The notes under the pieces: generated by a model
Seen by the model: the letters and a program-made list of their open reading frames with translations, nothing else
Database searches by the model: none
What the model was told of the DNA's origin: nothing
Shown: in pieces, positions 39,405 to 48,760 of the stretch
Position numbering within the stretch: position 1 is the first letter of the stretch
Layout of the letters: every line of letters begins with the position of its first letter
Program-made: the position numbers and the translations under genes
Origin: Verrucomicrobiota bacterium
GTDB lineage: Bacteria; Verrucomicrobiota; Verrucomicrobiia; Limisphaerales; AAA164-E04
Assembly: GCA_047947115.1 (NCBI GenBank)
Contig: CP170459.1
Coordinates: 5,920,001 to 5,984,000 of the forward strand
Length of the DNA stretch: 64,000 bases
Direction of reading: 5' to 3'

Positions 39405-40889
39405 ATGACCGCCCCCTTACTTAAAATGACCGGAATCGAGAAACGGTTCCCGGGTGTGCATGCACTGAAAGGCGTGGAGTTGTCGCTTCAGCGTGGTGAA
39501 GTCCTCGCCTTGATGGGGGAAAACGGAGCCGGTAAAAGCACCTTGATGAAAGTGCTCGGGGGCGCCCACACGCCGGATGCGGGTTCCATTGAAATCGAAG
39601 GTCATCCGGTTCTAATTGATTCTCCGGTCAAATCACGTGAAATGGGAATTGCGATGATTTACCAGGAATTCAACCTGATCCCTGCCTTGTCCGCCGTTGA
39701 AAACGTGTTTCTCGGACAAGAGATCACGAGATCAGGATGGATCCAACAAGGTTCTGAAAAGCAAAAAACCCTGGAACTCCTTGCTCAACTGGGCATGGAA
39801 TTCAATGTAGACCTGCCTTGTCGCCGCCTGACCGTGGCCCAACAACAGGCCATTGAAATCGCACGCGCCCTCTCGCTCAATGCGCGCATTCTTGTGCTCG
39901 ACGAACCATCGGCAGTCCTGACCTTGCGCGAAGTGGACAAGCTGTTCGAAATCATCCGGCACTTGAAAAACCAAGGCATCGGCCTCATTTACATTGGTCA
40001 TCGCCTGGACGAAATCTTTGAGATCGCCGATCGAGTCCTGGTTCTGCGTGATGGAGCTAATGTGGGAGATAAAACGATTGCCGAGTGCTCCCGCAAACAA
40101 CTGATCGAAATGATGGTCGGGCGCGAATTGAAAAATGAATTCCCCCCAAAGACCTCGAAGTCCTCCACCCCCAAACTTCAGGTCAAAAACCTCAATCGAG
40201 GCCAAGCCGTGAAGGACGTGTCCTTCGAAGCATGCAAAGGAGAGATCCTGGCTTTGGCCGGACTCGTTGGAGCAGGACGCACCGAGTTGGCCCGACTCAT
40301 CTTTGGAGCGGACCGTCGGGATGCGGGCGACATACTTTTGGACGGCAAACCACTCACCATCCGAAATCCGCGCGAAGCCATTGCCGCAGGCATCGGTCTA
40401 CTCACCGAGGACCGCAAACTTCAGGGCCTGATCCTCCCCCACTCCCTGCGCGAAAACTTCGGTCTCCCGAACCTGAACCGGTTTGCGCCAAAAGGCTGGA
40501 TTCATGCCGCTCGGGAACGTGAGGAATTCAATCAATACGCATCAGCCATGCAGGTCAAATGCTCAAGCGAGCATCAAAAAGCGGGGCATCTATCGGGAGG
40601 CAACCAACAGAAGCTGGTCATCGCCAAATGGCTGGCGCGTCACTGCGATGTATTGATCTTTGATGAGCCGACACGCGGGATTGATGTCGGCGCCAAATAT
40701 GAAATCTATCAACTGATGAACAACCTGGCAGCCGCAGGCAAAACCATCATCATGATCAGCTCCGAACTCCCCGAAGTGCTCGGCATGGCTGATCGCGTGC
40801 TGGTCATGCACGAGGGGCGCATTACTGGCGAAATCACGGATGTTTCCAAATCATCACAAGAAGAAATCATGCACTACGCAGTGGCGTAA
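39405..40889 (+). CDS. Sugar ABC transporter ATP-binding protein (RbsA-like, two NBDs)
   Basis: GENGAGKST, LDEP, EDRK, LSGGNQQK and DEPTRGIDVGAK motifs. Confidence 0.96.
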   Translation: MTAPLLKMTGIEKRFPGVHALKGVELSLQRGEVLALMGENGAGKSTLMKVLGGAHTPDAGSIEIEGHPVLIDSPVKSREMGIAMIYQEFNLIPALSAVENVFLGQEITRSGWIQQGSEKQKTLELLAQLGMEFNVDLPCRRLTVAQQQAIEIARALSLNARILVLDEPSAVLTLREVDKLFEIIRHLKNQGIGLIYIGHRLDEIFEIADRVLVLRDGANVGDKTIAECSRKQLIEMMVGRELKNEFPPKTSKSSTPKLQVKNLNRGQAVKDVSFEACKGEILALAGLVGAGRTELARLIFGADRRDAGDILLDGKPLTIRNPREAIAAGIGLLTEDRKLQGLILPHSLRENFGLPNLNRFAPKGWIHAAREREEFNQYASAMQVKCSSEHQKAGHLSGGNQQKLVIAKWLARHCDVLIFDEPTRGIDVGAKYEIYQLMNNLAAAGKTIIMISSELPEVLGMADRVLVMHEGRITGEITDVSKSSQEEIMHYAVA

Positions 40890-40911
40890 AACCAAACGCA
40901 TACAGGTTCTC

Positions 40912-42258
40912 ATGCTGAAACTCGACAAACAACAAATAACCCACTGGATCACCGAATACGGGATGATTCTGGTCCTGTTTCTTTTGGGCGTATTCTTCAG
41001 CGTCATGACCTTGAAGGAACAACAACCAACCGGAGAAACCGCCGGAAACCAATTGGCCTCCGCCATCCAGTCTCAATCATCACCTGACGCAAATATTCTT
41101 ATTGTTTCCCGGGATCTTCCTTTGGACAACGCTTTCGCATCCACATTGACCGGCATTCTCAAAAACAAGGAATACCAGAACATTCATACCGTCGTGGGAG
41201 AACCCAGGGATGCAAGAGCCAAACTCCTCGAACTACAACAATCCAACACACAACTCAGCATCATTGCAGGCAACCAAACAACATCGGGATGGTTGGTCTT
41301 TGAGGATATCCCAAACGATTTTCCAGGTTTGGGAACACCGGCAGTGCTGGGGCCGGAACGCTACCAGTGGCCGAATTTCCTGAAGAAAGACAACTTGGTG
41401 AACATCACCAATCAAATCGCCGTCATCGCCATCATCGCCATCGGCATGACCGTGGTCATCATTTCCGGAGGAATCGATCTTTCCGTTGGCAGTTTGATTG
41501 CATTTTCTGCCGTGCTGGGTTGCCTGATCATTCAAGAAGTGGCCGGGGCATTGGAAGCCTCCACTGCAGCCATGGTAGGGGCCTGCTGCATCGCCATCAT
41601 TGCGTCCGGACTGGTGGGGACATTTACGGGAGCCATGATCACAGGCTTCGCCATCCCGCCTTTCATCGTGACCTTGAGCATGATGATGATGGCAAGCGGA
41701 ACGGCTTATTTGATGTCAGGCGGTGAATCCGTTTACCAGATCCCCGCCAGCTTCGTCTGGTTGGGGCGTGAAGCCTCGTTCCTCGGCATTCCCAATGCGG
41801 TGCTCCTCATGTTGATACTCTATGTTTCCGCTCACATCATGATGTCGCGAACGAAGTGGGGACGGTATGTCTACGCCGTCGGCGGCAACGCTGAAGCCGC
41901 TCGACTGTCAGGCGTCCCCGTCAAACGTGTGCAACTGTTTGTTTACGCGCTCTCCGGACTGCTGGCTGGACTGGGCGGGATCGTCATGGCGTCCCAACTC
42001 AAAAGCGGAGCGCCCACCTACGGTCAAATGTATGAACTTTACGTCATCGCCGCAGTGGTCGTAGGAGGCACCAGCCTTTCCGGAGGCGAAGGTAAAATCT
42101 TCGGCACCCTCATCGGAGCCTTCATCATCGCCGTCATCCAAAACGGAATGAACCTCATGAACATCGAAAGCTACACCCAAAAAGTGATCCTTGGCCTCGT
42201 CATCCTCATCGCCGTCTTGCTGAACAAGATCAAGCAGCGGGGATTTCGCTTGGGATGA
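40912..42258 (+). CDS. Sugar ABC transporter permease (RbsC-like) with a large soluble insertion after TM1
   Basis: GGIDLSVG, IPPFIVTL, GGNAEAARLSG and YELYVIAAVVVGGTSLSGG motifs. Confidence 0.93.
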   Translation: MLKLDKQQITHWITEYGMILVLFLLGVFFSVMTLKEQQPTGETAGNQLASAIQSQSSPDANILIVSRDLPLDNAFASTLTGILKNKEYQNIHTVVGEPRDARAKLLELQQSNTQLSIIAGNQTTSGWLVFEDIPNDFPGLGTPAVLGPERYQWPNFLKKDNLVNITNQIAVIAIIAIGMTVVIISGGIDLSVGSLIAFSAVLGCLIIQEVAGALEASTAAMVGACCIAIIASGLVGTFTGAMITGFAIPPFIVTLSMMMMASGTAYLMSGGESVYQIPASFVWLGREASFLGIPNAVLLMLILYVSAHIMMSRTKWGRYVYAVGGNAEAARLSGVPVKRVQLFVYALSGLLAGLGGIVMASQLKSGAPTYGQMYELYVIAAVVVGGTSLSGGEGKIFGTLIGAFIIAVIQNGMNLMNIESYTQKVILGLVILIAVLLNKIKQRGFRLG

Positions 42259-42510
42259 TTTTTTAGACAGGATGAACAGGATTTACATGATGGGTTCAGG
42301 AGATCGAAAAATCTGGTTCATGTTCAAACCCATTTGTCATAAAAAAGCTTCAGAATCCCCATAAAGTGTCTTCGTTAAGATATTGTCCAATGTGCCAAAA
42401 AGGATCTCAGGCCCAACAGCGGATCAGACTTGGGGACAAAACGAAAATCCCGAAAGTCCTGAAAGGACATTAAAAACATTCTGTCAATCCTGTTCATCCT
42501 GTCTAAAAAA
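42259..42510. mobile_element. 252-bp MITE-like element with perfect 25-bp terminal inverted repeats
   Basis: TTTTTTAGACAGGATGAACAGGATT (42259-42283) and AATCCTGTTCATCCTGTCTAAAAAA (42486-42510); no credible internal ORF. Confidence 0.7.
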
Positions 42511-42572
42511 CAAAACCATAGGTAATCTTGAACAGATCTTCATCTGCCCTGATAATCATACCCAAGCAAATC

Positions 42573-42911
42573 ATGACCACCGAAGCATACGAACCCGCCA
42601 CCAAATGGAGACGCGTCCTCAACGCGTCCCTGGCGGCATTGTCGGGACTCATCGCTTCGGATATGATCCTTGCCTGGGGGCTTCATTTCCTGATCGTGGA
42701 AGGAAACAACTTACTGACCGGCTCTCCGGCAACGCATTTACAGGTACGCATCATGACATTCATTGTCTCTTTGGTGGGTTTCCTGCTTTCGGTCTACTTT
42801 GGGCGTTGGCAATGGAAACGCTCCTGTCAAACCACCCACATGCAGGAAAAAATGATGACCGGAACCTGGATGCTGCTATGCATCGTGCTGTTGGTGAGAC
42901 CCAGGTTCTGA
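42573..42911 (+). CDS. Small hypothetical membrane protein (about 3 TM)
   Basis: 112-aa ORF with three hydrophobic segments filling an otherwise empty gap. Confidence 0.6.
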   Translation: MTTEAYEPATKWRRVLNASLAALSGLIASDMILAWGLHFLIVEGNNLLTGSPATHLQVRIMTFIVSLVGFLLSVYFGRWQWKRSCQTTHMQEKMMTGTWMLLCIVLLVRPRF

Positions 42912-42923
42912 CCCCTCCTTCGG

Positions 42924-42947
42924 GTAGGGCCACGCTGCCGCGTGGCC
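42924..42947 (+). repeat. Solo GTAG-type REP
   Basis: GTAG-GGCCACGC-TGCC-GCGTGGCC; same geometry as the REPs in the 123-bp array. Confidence 0.75.
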
Positions 42948-43107
42948 GCGAGCGCGAGGAAAACATCCAAAAACCTACCTCAGAATGCGCAAACTCCCAC
43001 AAATGAACTGCACCCTGCCAGCCCATCACAACTCACTATTTTCAAACCACTTCCCAACACTACACTATCAACCACTTCAAAAATCGAACGTAGAACTGTG
43101 CTTTCGG

Positions 43108-43150
43108 GAACCTTGTAAATCTGGAATTCAATTCCAGATTTACAAGGTTC
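43108..43150. repeat. 43-bp palindrome (21-bp arms, 1-nt centre)
   Basis: GAACCTTGTAAATCTGGAATT-C-AATTCCAGATTTACAAGGTTC. Confidence 0.85.
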
Positions 43151-43221
43151 GGCAGAACCAAAGAACCTGCTTGCAAACAGCACATCCCAACCTATCTTTG
43201 ATCCCAAAGCATTTGAAAAAC

Positions 43222-45273
43222 ATGATAAATTTAACGAAAACCGCCTTGTTACATATAAAATGGACTTTAATTGGCCCTTGGATGCTTACCTGCCTGCTGA
43301 CATCTCTCATCCATGCCGCCGAAAGGCCAGTATTGGATACTTCCGGTCAAAACAAAGAGGCGCGCCCTCAGGACGATTTCTTTGAGTTTGCCAATGGAGA
43401 CTGGATCAAGAACACCGAAATTCCGGCCGACAAAACGCGCTGGGGATCGTTCGTCATGCTTTACGAAGAAAGCCGCGACGCAGTCCAGTCGATTATCGAT
43501 GAATTAAGCTCCAAAATGGGGCTTGAGCAAGGATCGGATGCCCAGAAAATCCGCGACCTCTTCCAGAGCTTCATGAATGAAGATCGCATCGACACATTGG
43601 ACATCGATCCGATCCTGCCCCTTCTGGACGCCGTCAATGGCATCGACGACAAACAGGTTCTCGGCCAGGCATTCGCTCATGCCGGGCGGATGGGGATATC
43701 AAATCCACTGGGAGGCTACATTAATCAGGACGCCAAGGATTCCACCCGCTACAAACTTTATCTCACGCAAAGTGGTCTGGGACTTCCTGACCGTGATTAT
43801 TATTTTCAGGAAGACGAACGATCGGTTCGACTACAGAGAGCCTACCGCGAGATGCTCACCAAACTGTTTAAACTCGCTACCCTGAGCGAACCTGAAAACC
43901 GTGCCAACCACGCCTATGCATTGGAAAAACGCATCGCCGAACATCACTGGACCCGCGTTGAAAACCGCGACCGAATCAAGACCTACAACAAGAAATCAAT
44001 CGACGAAATCAAAGCCCTGCTCCCCTCCTTTGACACCGATGGCTACCTGGAACTGACCGGTGTGGCGTCAGAATCTTCGATCATCATCCGGCAACCTTCC
44101 TTTCTGGAAGGACTCAATCAAGTCATCGACACCGCATCGTTGGATCACTGGAAAGATTATCTACGAGCACGCGTGCTGGTCGATTTCGCTCCTTACCTGA
44201 GCGAACCCTTTTTCCTGGCACACTTTGAATTCTTCAACAAAACACTCGGCGGACAAGAAGAGCCCGAGCCGCGCGACCGCCGCGCCATCAATCTGGTCAA
44301 CGGCACACTCGGAGAACTGGTCGGCAAGGAATACGTGCAACGCCATTTCCCGCCAGAGGCCAAGGCACGCATGCTGGATCTGGTCGCCAACCTCAAGCTC
44401 GCCATGAAGGACAGCATCTACGAACTGCCATGGATGACCGGTCCCACCAAAGTAGCGGCGTTGAAGAAGCTCGAAAAATTCACCACCAAGATAGGGTATC
44501 CCGACAAGTGGAAGGATTATTCAGGACTCGACATTGATCCCAACGACCTGATCGGAAACATCATGCGATCATCCGCATTCGAACATGAACGCGAAATCAA
44601 CAAACTGGACAAACCCGTCGATCGCACCGAGTGGTTCATGACTCCGCAAACCGTCAACGCCTACTACAACCCGTCCATGAACGAAATCGTTTTCCCCGCC
44701 GCCATTCTGCAGCCGCCTTTCTTCAACATGAAAGCGGATGATGCGGTCAACTACGGCGCCATCGGAATGGTGATCGGACACGAAATCGGTCACGGCTTTG
44801 ACGACCAGGGACGCAAATCCGACGGCGACGGCAACCTTGTGGACTGGTGGACGGAAGAAGACGCGAAGGCCTACGAAGAGCGCACCGCCAAACTGGTCGC
44901 CCAATACGAAACCTTCGAACCCGAACCCGGTTTCTTCGTCAACGGCCAACTGACTCTGGGAGAAAACATCGGCGACCTGGGCGGCCTCACCCTGGCCTAC
45001 CGTGCCTACCAGAAATCACTTGATGGCAAACCCGCCCCAGCCATTGACGGACTCAGCGGCGAGCAGCGCTTTTTCCTGTCACTCGCCCAAATCTGGCGCA
45101 TCAAATCACGTCCCGAAACAACCATCCGCCGCCTCAAAACCGACACCCACTCACCACCCAAATTCCGAGTCAACGGCCCCATCAGCAATTTCACCCCATT
45201 CTACGAAGCCTTTGGTGTTAAAGATTCGGACAAACTCTGGCTACCCTCTGAGGACCGGGTGGAGATTTGGTGA
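43222..45273 (+). CDS. M13 family metalloendopeptidase (neprilysin/PepO-like)
   Basis: PQDDFFEFANG, GLGLPDRDYY, KIGYPD, VNAYY, HEIGH and GENIGD motifs. Confidence 0.96.
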   Translation: MINLTKTALLHIKWTLIGPWMLTCLLTSLIHAAERPVLDTSGQNKEARPQDDFFEFANGDWIKNTEIPADKTRWGSFVMLYEESRDAVQSIIDELSSKMGLEQGSDAQKIRDLFQSFMNEDRIDTLDIDPILPLLDAVNGIDDKQVLGQAFAHAGRMGISNPLGGYINQDAKDSTRYKLYLTQSGLGLPDRDYYFQEDERSVRLQRAYREMLTKLFKLATLSEPENRANHAYALEKRIAEHHWTRVENRDRIKTYNKKSIDEIKALLPSFDTDGYLELTGVASESSIIIRQPSFLEGLNQVIDTASLDHWKDYLRARVLVDFAPYLSEPFFLAHFEFFNKTLGGQEEPEPRDRRAINLVNGTLGELVGKEYVQRHFPPEAKARMLDLVANLKLAMKDSIYELPWMTGPTKVAALKKLEKFTTKIGYPDKWKDYSGLDIDPNDLIGNIMRSSAFEHEREINKLDKPVDRTEWFMTPQTVNAYYNPSMNEIVFPAAILQPPFFNMKADDAVNYGAIGMVIGHEIGHGFDDQGRKSDGDGNLVDWWTEEDAKAYEERTAKLVAQYETFEPEPGFFVNGQLTLGENIGDLGGLTLAYRAYQKSLDGKPAPAIDGLSGEQRFFLSLAQIWRIKSRPETTIRRLKTDTHSPPKFRVNGPISNFTPFYEAFGVKDSDKLWLPSEDRVEIW

Positions 45274-45346
45274 AATTGAATGAAGAATGGTGAATTTAGA
45301 ATAGTGAATTGATGCCGCAAGGTAGCGCAGCGCTGCTGCTCGGCTA

Positions 45347-45480
45347 GGTAGATCGTGTCGACGCTCCCCTTGTGGCTTCCTTCCCCTGCATTTCAACTCC
45401 CAAAGGCAAGCCAGACAGCATACAACAACCCACATCCGCACAACTACGCTAGCGGACGGCCCGAGACAGTCCGATCTACC
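45347..45480. repeat. 134-bp REPIN-like element with GGTAGATCG/CGATCTACC inverted ends
   Basis: 9-bp terminal IR; another left end at 45495-45503; relatives at 12266-12317 and 56550 onward. Confidence 0.72.
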
Positions 45481-45744
45481 AAACACCCCCATCAGGTAGA
45501 TCGTGCCGTCCCTGGCGCACATCCTCATCGTATTCGAATTCACCAATGCCTCCGTTTTGGGAAGCCTCCGGTTTTAGATTGTTTGTGGCGTTTCCATTGC
45601 AGTTGGACGACCATCCGAATGCCACGAGGTTTGAAGTGGGCGCAAGACAGAGCTTGCCCCTCCATGCATGAAGGGCTGGTCCGATCAACCTTTCCGTGCT
45701 TTTTCGATTGCCAATCCGCAAGCTTCCGGTTGTATGCTCTGCGT

Positions 45745-47133
45745 ATGATCAAACGCACACTGGTCAAGCATGCCCTCAAGGCAAAGGAACCCTCGGATGC
45801 CATCCGCATCGAGGGCTGGGTTCGTACGCGGCGTGATGCCAAAGCGTTCTCTTTCGTTGAAATCAACGACGGAACCAGTCTGACCAATCTACAAGTCATT
45901 ATCGACAACACGGTCCCCGGCTACGAAGAGCATATTCCTCAGGCTACAACGGGAGCGGCAATTAGAGTGTTGGGCAAATTGACTCGCTCACAGGGCAAGA
46001 GTGAGGGATGGGAGGTTCTGGCTGAGTCTTTCGAAATTGTAGGGCATGCCGACGCCTCCTATCCGCTGCAAAAGAAAGGGCACTCGGCAGAGTTTTTGCG
46101 CGAGATCGCACATCTGCGCCCGCGATCCAACCTGTTCGGTTGCGTGTTTCGTGTGCGCAGTCGGCTGGCACAGGCGGTACACCATTTTTTTCAACAGCGT
46201 GATTTTGTTTACATCCATACCCCCATCATCACCGCAAGCGATTGTGAAGGCGCCGGAGAATTGTTTCGCGTCACGACCATTGACCCGTCCAAGCCACCGA
46301 TCAAGGAAGGTTTGATTGATTATAGTCGGGATTTCTTCGAGAAACCGAGTTATCTCACGGTGAGCGGACAGTTGGCAGCGGAAGTATTCGCGTGTTCGAT
46401 GTCGAACGTATACACCTTTGGGCCGACCTTTCGAGCGGAAAACTCCAACACTTCACGACATGCCAGCGAGTTCTGGATGATCGAACCCGAGATGGCGTTT
46501 TGTGATCTGAACGAAGACATGGACGTCGCGGAGGAATTTGTCAAAAGCCTCATCGCAGACATCCTGGAGAACTGTCCGGAAGAGATGGCGTTCTTTTCCA
46601 AGTTTGTGGACAAAGGACTGACGGATCGATTGAAATGGGTATTGGACCGACCGTTCGAACGGGTTTCCTACGAGGAAGCGATCGACATTTTGTTGAAGTC
46701 GGGCCAAACGTTTGATTATCCGGTCGAATACGGATTGAATATGCAATCCGAGCACGAACGTTACCTGACCGAGAAACATTTCAAGTGTCCGGTCACGGTC
46801 TACAACTACCCCAAAACCATCAAACCCTTTTACATGCGCGCCAATGACGATGGTAAAACCGTTGCCGCCATGGATGTGCTGGTGCCCGGCATCGGTGAAA
46901 TTGTGGGAGGCAGTCAGCGCGAGGAACGCCTGGATGTGTTGGAACAACATTTCGAGCATCACCAGCTCAGCAAAGAAGATTACTGGTGGTATCTGGATCT
47001 ACGGAGATTCGGCACGGTTCCCCACAGTGGCTTTGGAATGGGATTCGAACGCATGCTGATGTTCGTCACCGGAGTGTCGAACATCCGCGATGTGATCCCC
47101 TTCGCCCGCACGCCAGGGAACGCGGAGTTTTGA
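45745..47133 (+). CDS. asnS: Asparagine--tRNA ligase
   Basis: GWVRTRR, SDCEGAGELF, YLTVSGQL, FRAENSNTSRH, EIVGGSQRE and GFGMGFER motifs. Confidence 0.98.
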   Translation: MIKRTLVKHALKAKEPSDAIRIEGWVRTRRDAKAFSFVEINDGTSLTNLQVIIDNTVPGYEEHIPQATTGAAIRVLGKLTRSQGKSEGWEVLAESFEIVGHADASYPLQKKGHSAEFLREIAHLRPRSNLFGCVFRVRSRLAQAVHHFFQQRDFVYIHTPIITASDCEGAGELFRVTTIDPSKPPIKEGLIDYSRDFFEKPSYLTVSGQLAAEVFACSMSNVYTFGPTFRAENSNTSRHASEFWMIEPEMAFCDLNEDMDVAEEFVKSLIADILENCPEEMAFFSKFVDKGLTDRLKWVLDRPFERVSYEEAIDILLKSGQTFDYPVEYGLNMQSEHERYLTEKHFKCPVTVYNYPKTIKPFYMRANDDGKTVAAMDVLVPGIGEIVGGSQREERLDVLEQHFEHHQLSKEDYWWYLDLRRFGTVPHSGFGMGFERMLMFVTGVSNIRDVIPFARTPGNAEF

Positions 47134-47246
47134 TGAGGCGAAGCCTATGGGGTTGGTAGGGATGAGCTGCTGCTCGTCCGCCTACGCGTGCGAACACGCT
47201 TCAGGCAACCCTACACTTCCAGTGCGTTCGCGGCCCCGAGGCAGCG

Positions 47247-48760
47247 CATGCGCGTCAGGATAAAAATGATTATTTTTAACGATAAAGCTGTACTTTTATG
47301 TACAGTTTGCTTTCTACTTTTCCGAATGACTCTCCAACAAATCCTTGTCAGACAATATCATCTTCAGATCTTCAACACACAACAAGACCTCAACCCAAAT
47401 GTTTGACTTTACTCCCAGATTCACAAGGGGTTTCCCTGCCTCATGAATGGCACCGATGTGCCCAAACATTAACCGGTTGGTTCGCTGATTTCGATTTCCA
47501 GACACTTGCTCGCGCCACCGGCTTTGTCCTGCGAACTCCGCGAAAAATAATGCCCGAATTTTTTCTACAAGCGACTATTCTATTGGTTTGCCAAGGCACC
47601 GCAAGTTTGAGTCGATGGGCGACTTTGTTGGGAATTTTGAGCAATAATACTATTGCCAAACAGTCATTGTGGGAACGAATGAACCAGGGCGCTGTGAATT
47701 ATATTCAATGCATCCTGGCGCTAGTATTAAGCGCCAAATCCAAAGACAATGGCCGCAACGTCCCAAACAAGTTCAATCGATTTCCACGAATCCTTGTTCA
47801 TGATAGCACGACCATCAAAGTAAATTCGAAACTGGCGGCTGCTTTTCCCGGTTCGGCTAACCAAAGTGGTTCCAAAATTGCATCGCTGAAAATACAAGCC
47901 ATTCAGGATATACAAAATCAACAATTCCTCTACTTCGGGATAAGTGGATTTAGACGTAACGACCAAACCGCAACTTATGATATTTTGAAAGTCATACGTA
48001 AGGGGGACTTAATACTCCGTGACTTGGGCTATTTCGTGATAGAATCATTCCAACAGATAGCAAACGCTGGAGCCTATTATTTGAGTCGAATCCGATTGGA
48101 TATCGAAGTGAGGGACCCAGCCACAGGAGAAAAAATCGATTTACTCAAAAAACTGAAACGATTAGGAAATTTGGACTTTGATGTTTTGCTCTCAGATAAG
48201 CAGTTACCCGTGCGATTGGTGGCCATCAAACTTCCCGATGAGATCGCGGCAGAACGGCGACGCAAAGCCAAGAGCAATCGTGATAAAAGGCGAAAGCCCA
48301 ATGCCCAAAGGTTGGAGTTGCTTGGTTGGGCGATATTCACAACCAATGTTCCCCAGAACGAATGCACAGCAAAAGAAGTGGCAAAGATCTACGGTTTGCG
48401 CTGGCGGATAGAAACCATTTTTAAGGCATGGAAAAGCCATTTTCGTATCACCGAGGTTCCTGACGGTTCTGCAGAGCAACTCCGGATAGTGGTTTGTGCA
48501 CGACTCATTTTTATTACCGTTCTTACAAACTTGATAGAGCGTGACTGGCTTGCCCCGGGGCAGACTTGCAACGCGGCGCATTTGAGCATGTTGAAAGTGG
48601 CTGCTCTACTGGGAGATTACTTTTTGGCTCTGTGTTTTGAAGCGTGGAATGTACAAGTCAGCGATGCTATCCCTATACAAATGAGATACCAATGCAAATA
48701 TGACAAACGATCTCGTCAAAACTATGAACAAAACCTCCTGGCTTTATCCTGACGCGCATG
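47247..48760 (+). mobile_element. IS4-family insertion sequence (1514 bp)
   Basis: Perfect 18-bp IRs CATGCGCGTCAGGATAAA (47247-47264) and TTTATCCTGACGCGCATG (48743-48760); flanking CGAGGCAGCG/CGCGGCAGCG duplication; visibly lower GC. Confidence 0.93.
47298..48752 (+). CDS. IS4-family DDE transposase
   Basis: LVHDST (D1), LRDLGYF (D2) and YGLRWRIETIFK (YREK, E); the stop lies inside the right IR. Confidence 0.95.
   Translation: MYSLLSTFPNDSPTNPCQTISSSDLQHTTRPQPKCLTLLPDSQGVSLPHEWHRCAQTLTGWFADFDFQTLARATGFVLRTPRKIMPEFFLQATILLVCQGTASLSRWATLLGILSNNTIAKQSLWERMNQGAVNYIQCILALVLSAKSKDNGRNVPNKFNRFPRILVHDSTTIKVNSKLAAAFPGSANQSGSKIASLKIQAIQDIQNQQFLYFGISGFRRNDQTATYDILKVIRKGDLILRDLGYFVIESFQQIANAGAYYLSRIRLDIEVRDPATGEKIDLLKKLKRLGNLDFDVLLSDKQLPVRLVAIKLPDEIAAERRRKAKSNRDKRRKPNAQRLELLGWAIFTTNVPQNECTAKEVAKIYGLRWRIETIFKAWKSHFRITEVPDGSAEQLRIVVCARLIFITVLTNLIERDWLAPGQTCNAAHLSMLKVAALLGDYFLALCFEAWNVQVSDAIPIQMRYQCKYDKRSRQNYEQNLLALS

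Noticed and set aside
42985..43221. N-terminal extension of the M13 peptidase
   Set aside because: It crosses the palindrome and low-complexity intergenic DNA; a signal-peptide-like start lies at or after 43222.
45355..45744. 130-aa N-terminal extension of asnS
   Set aside because: It runs through REPIN repeats; the AsnRS OB fold starts at ATG 45745.
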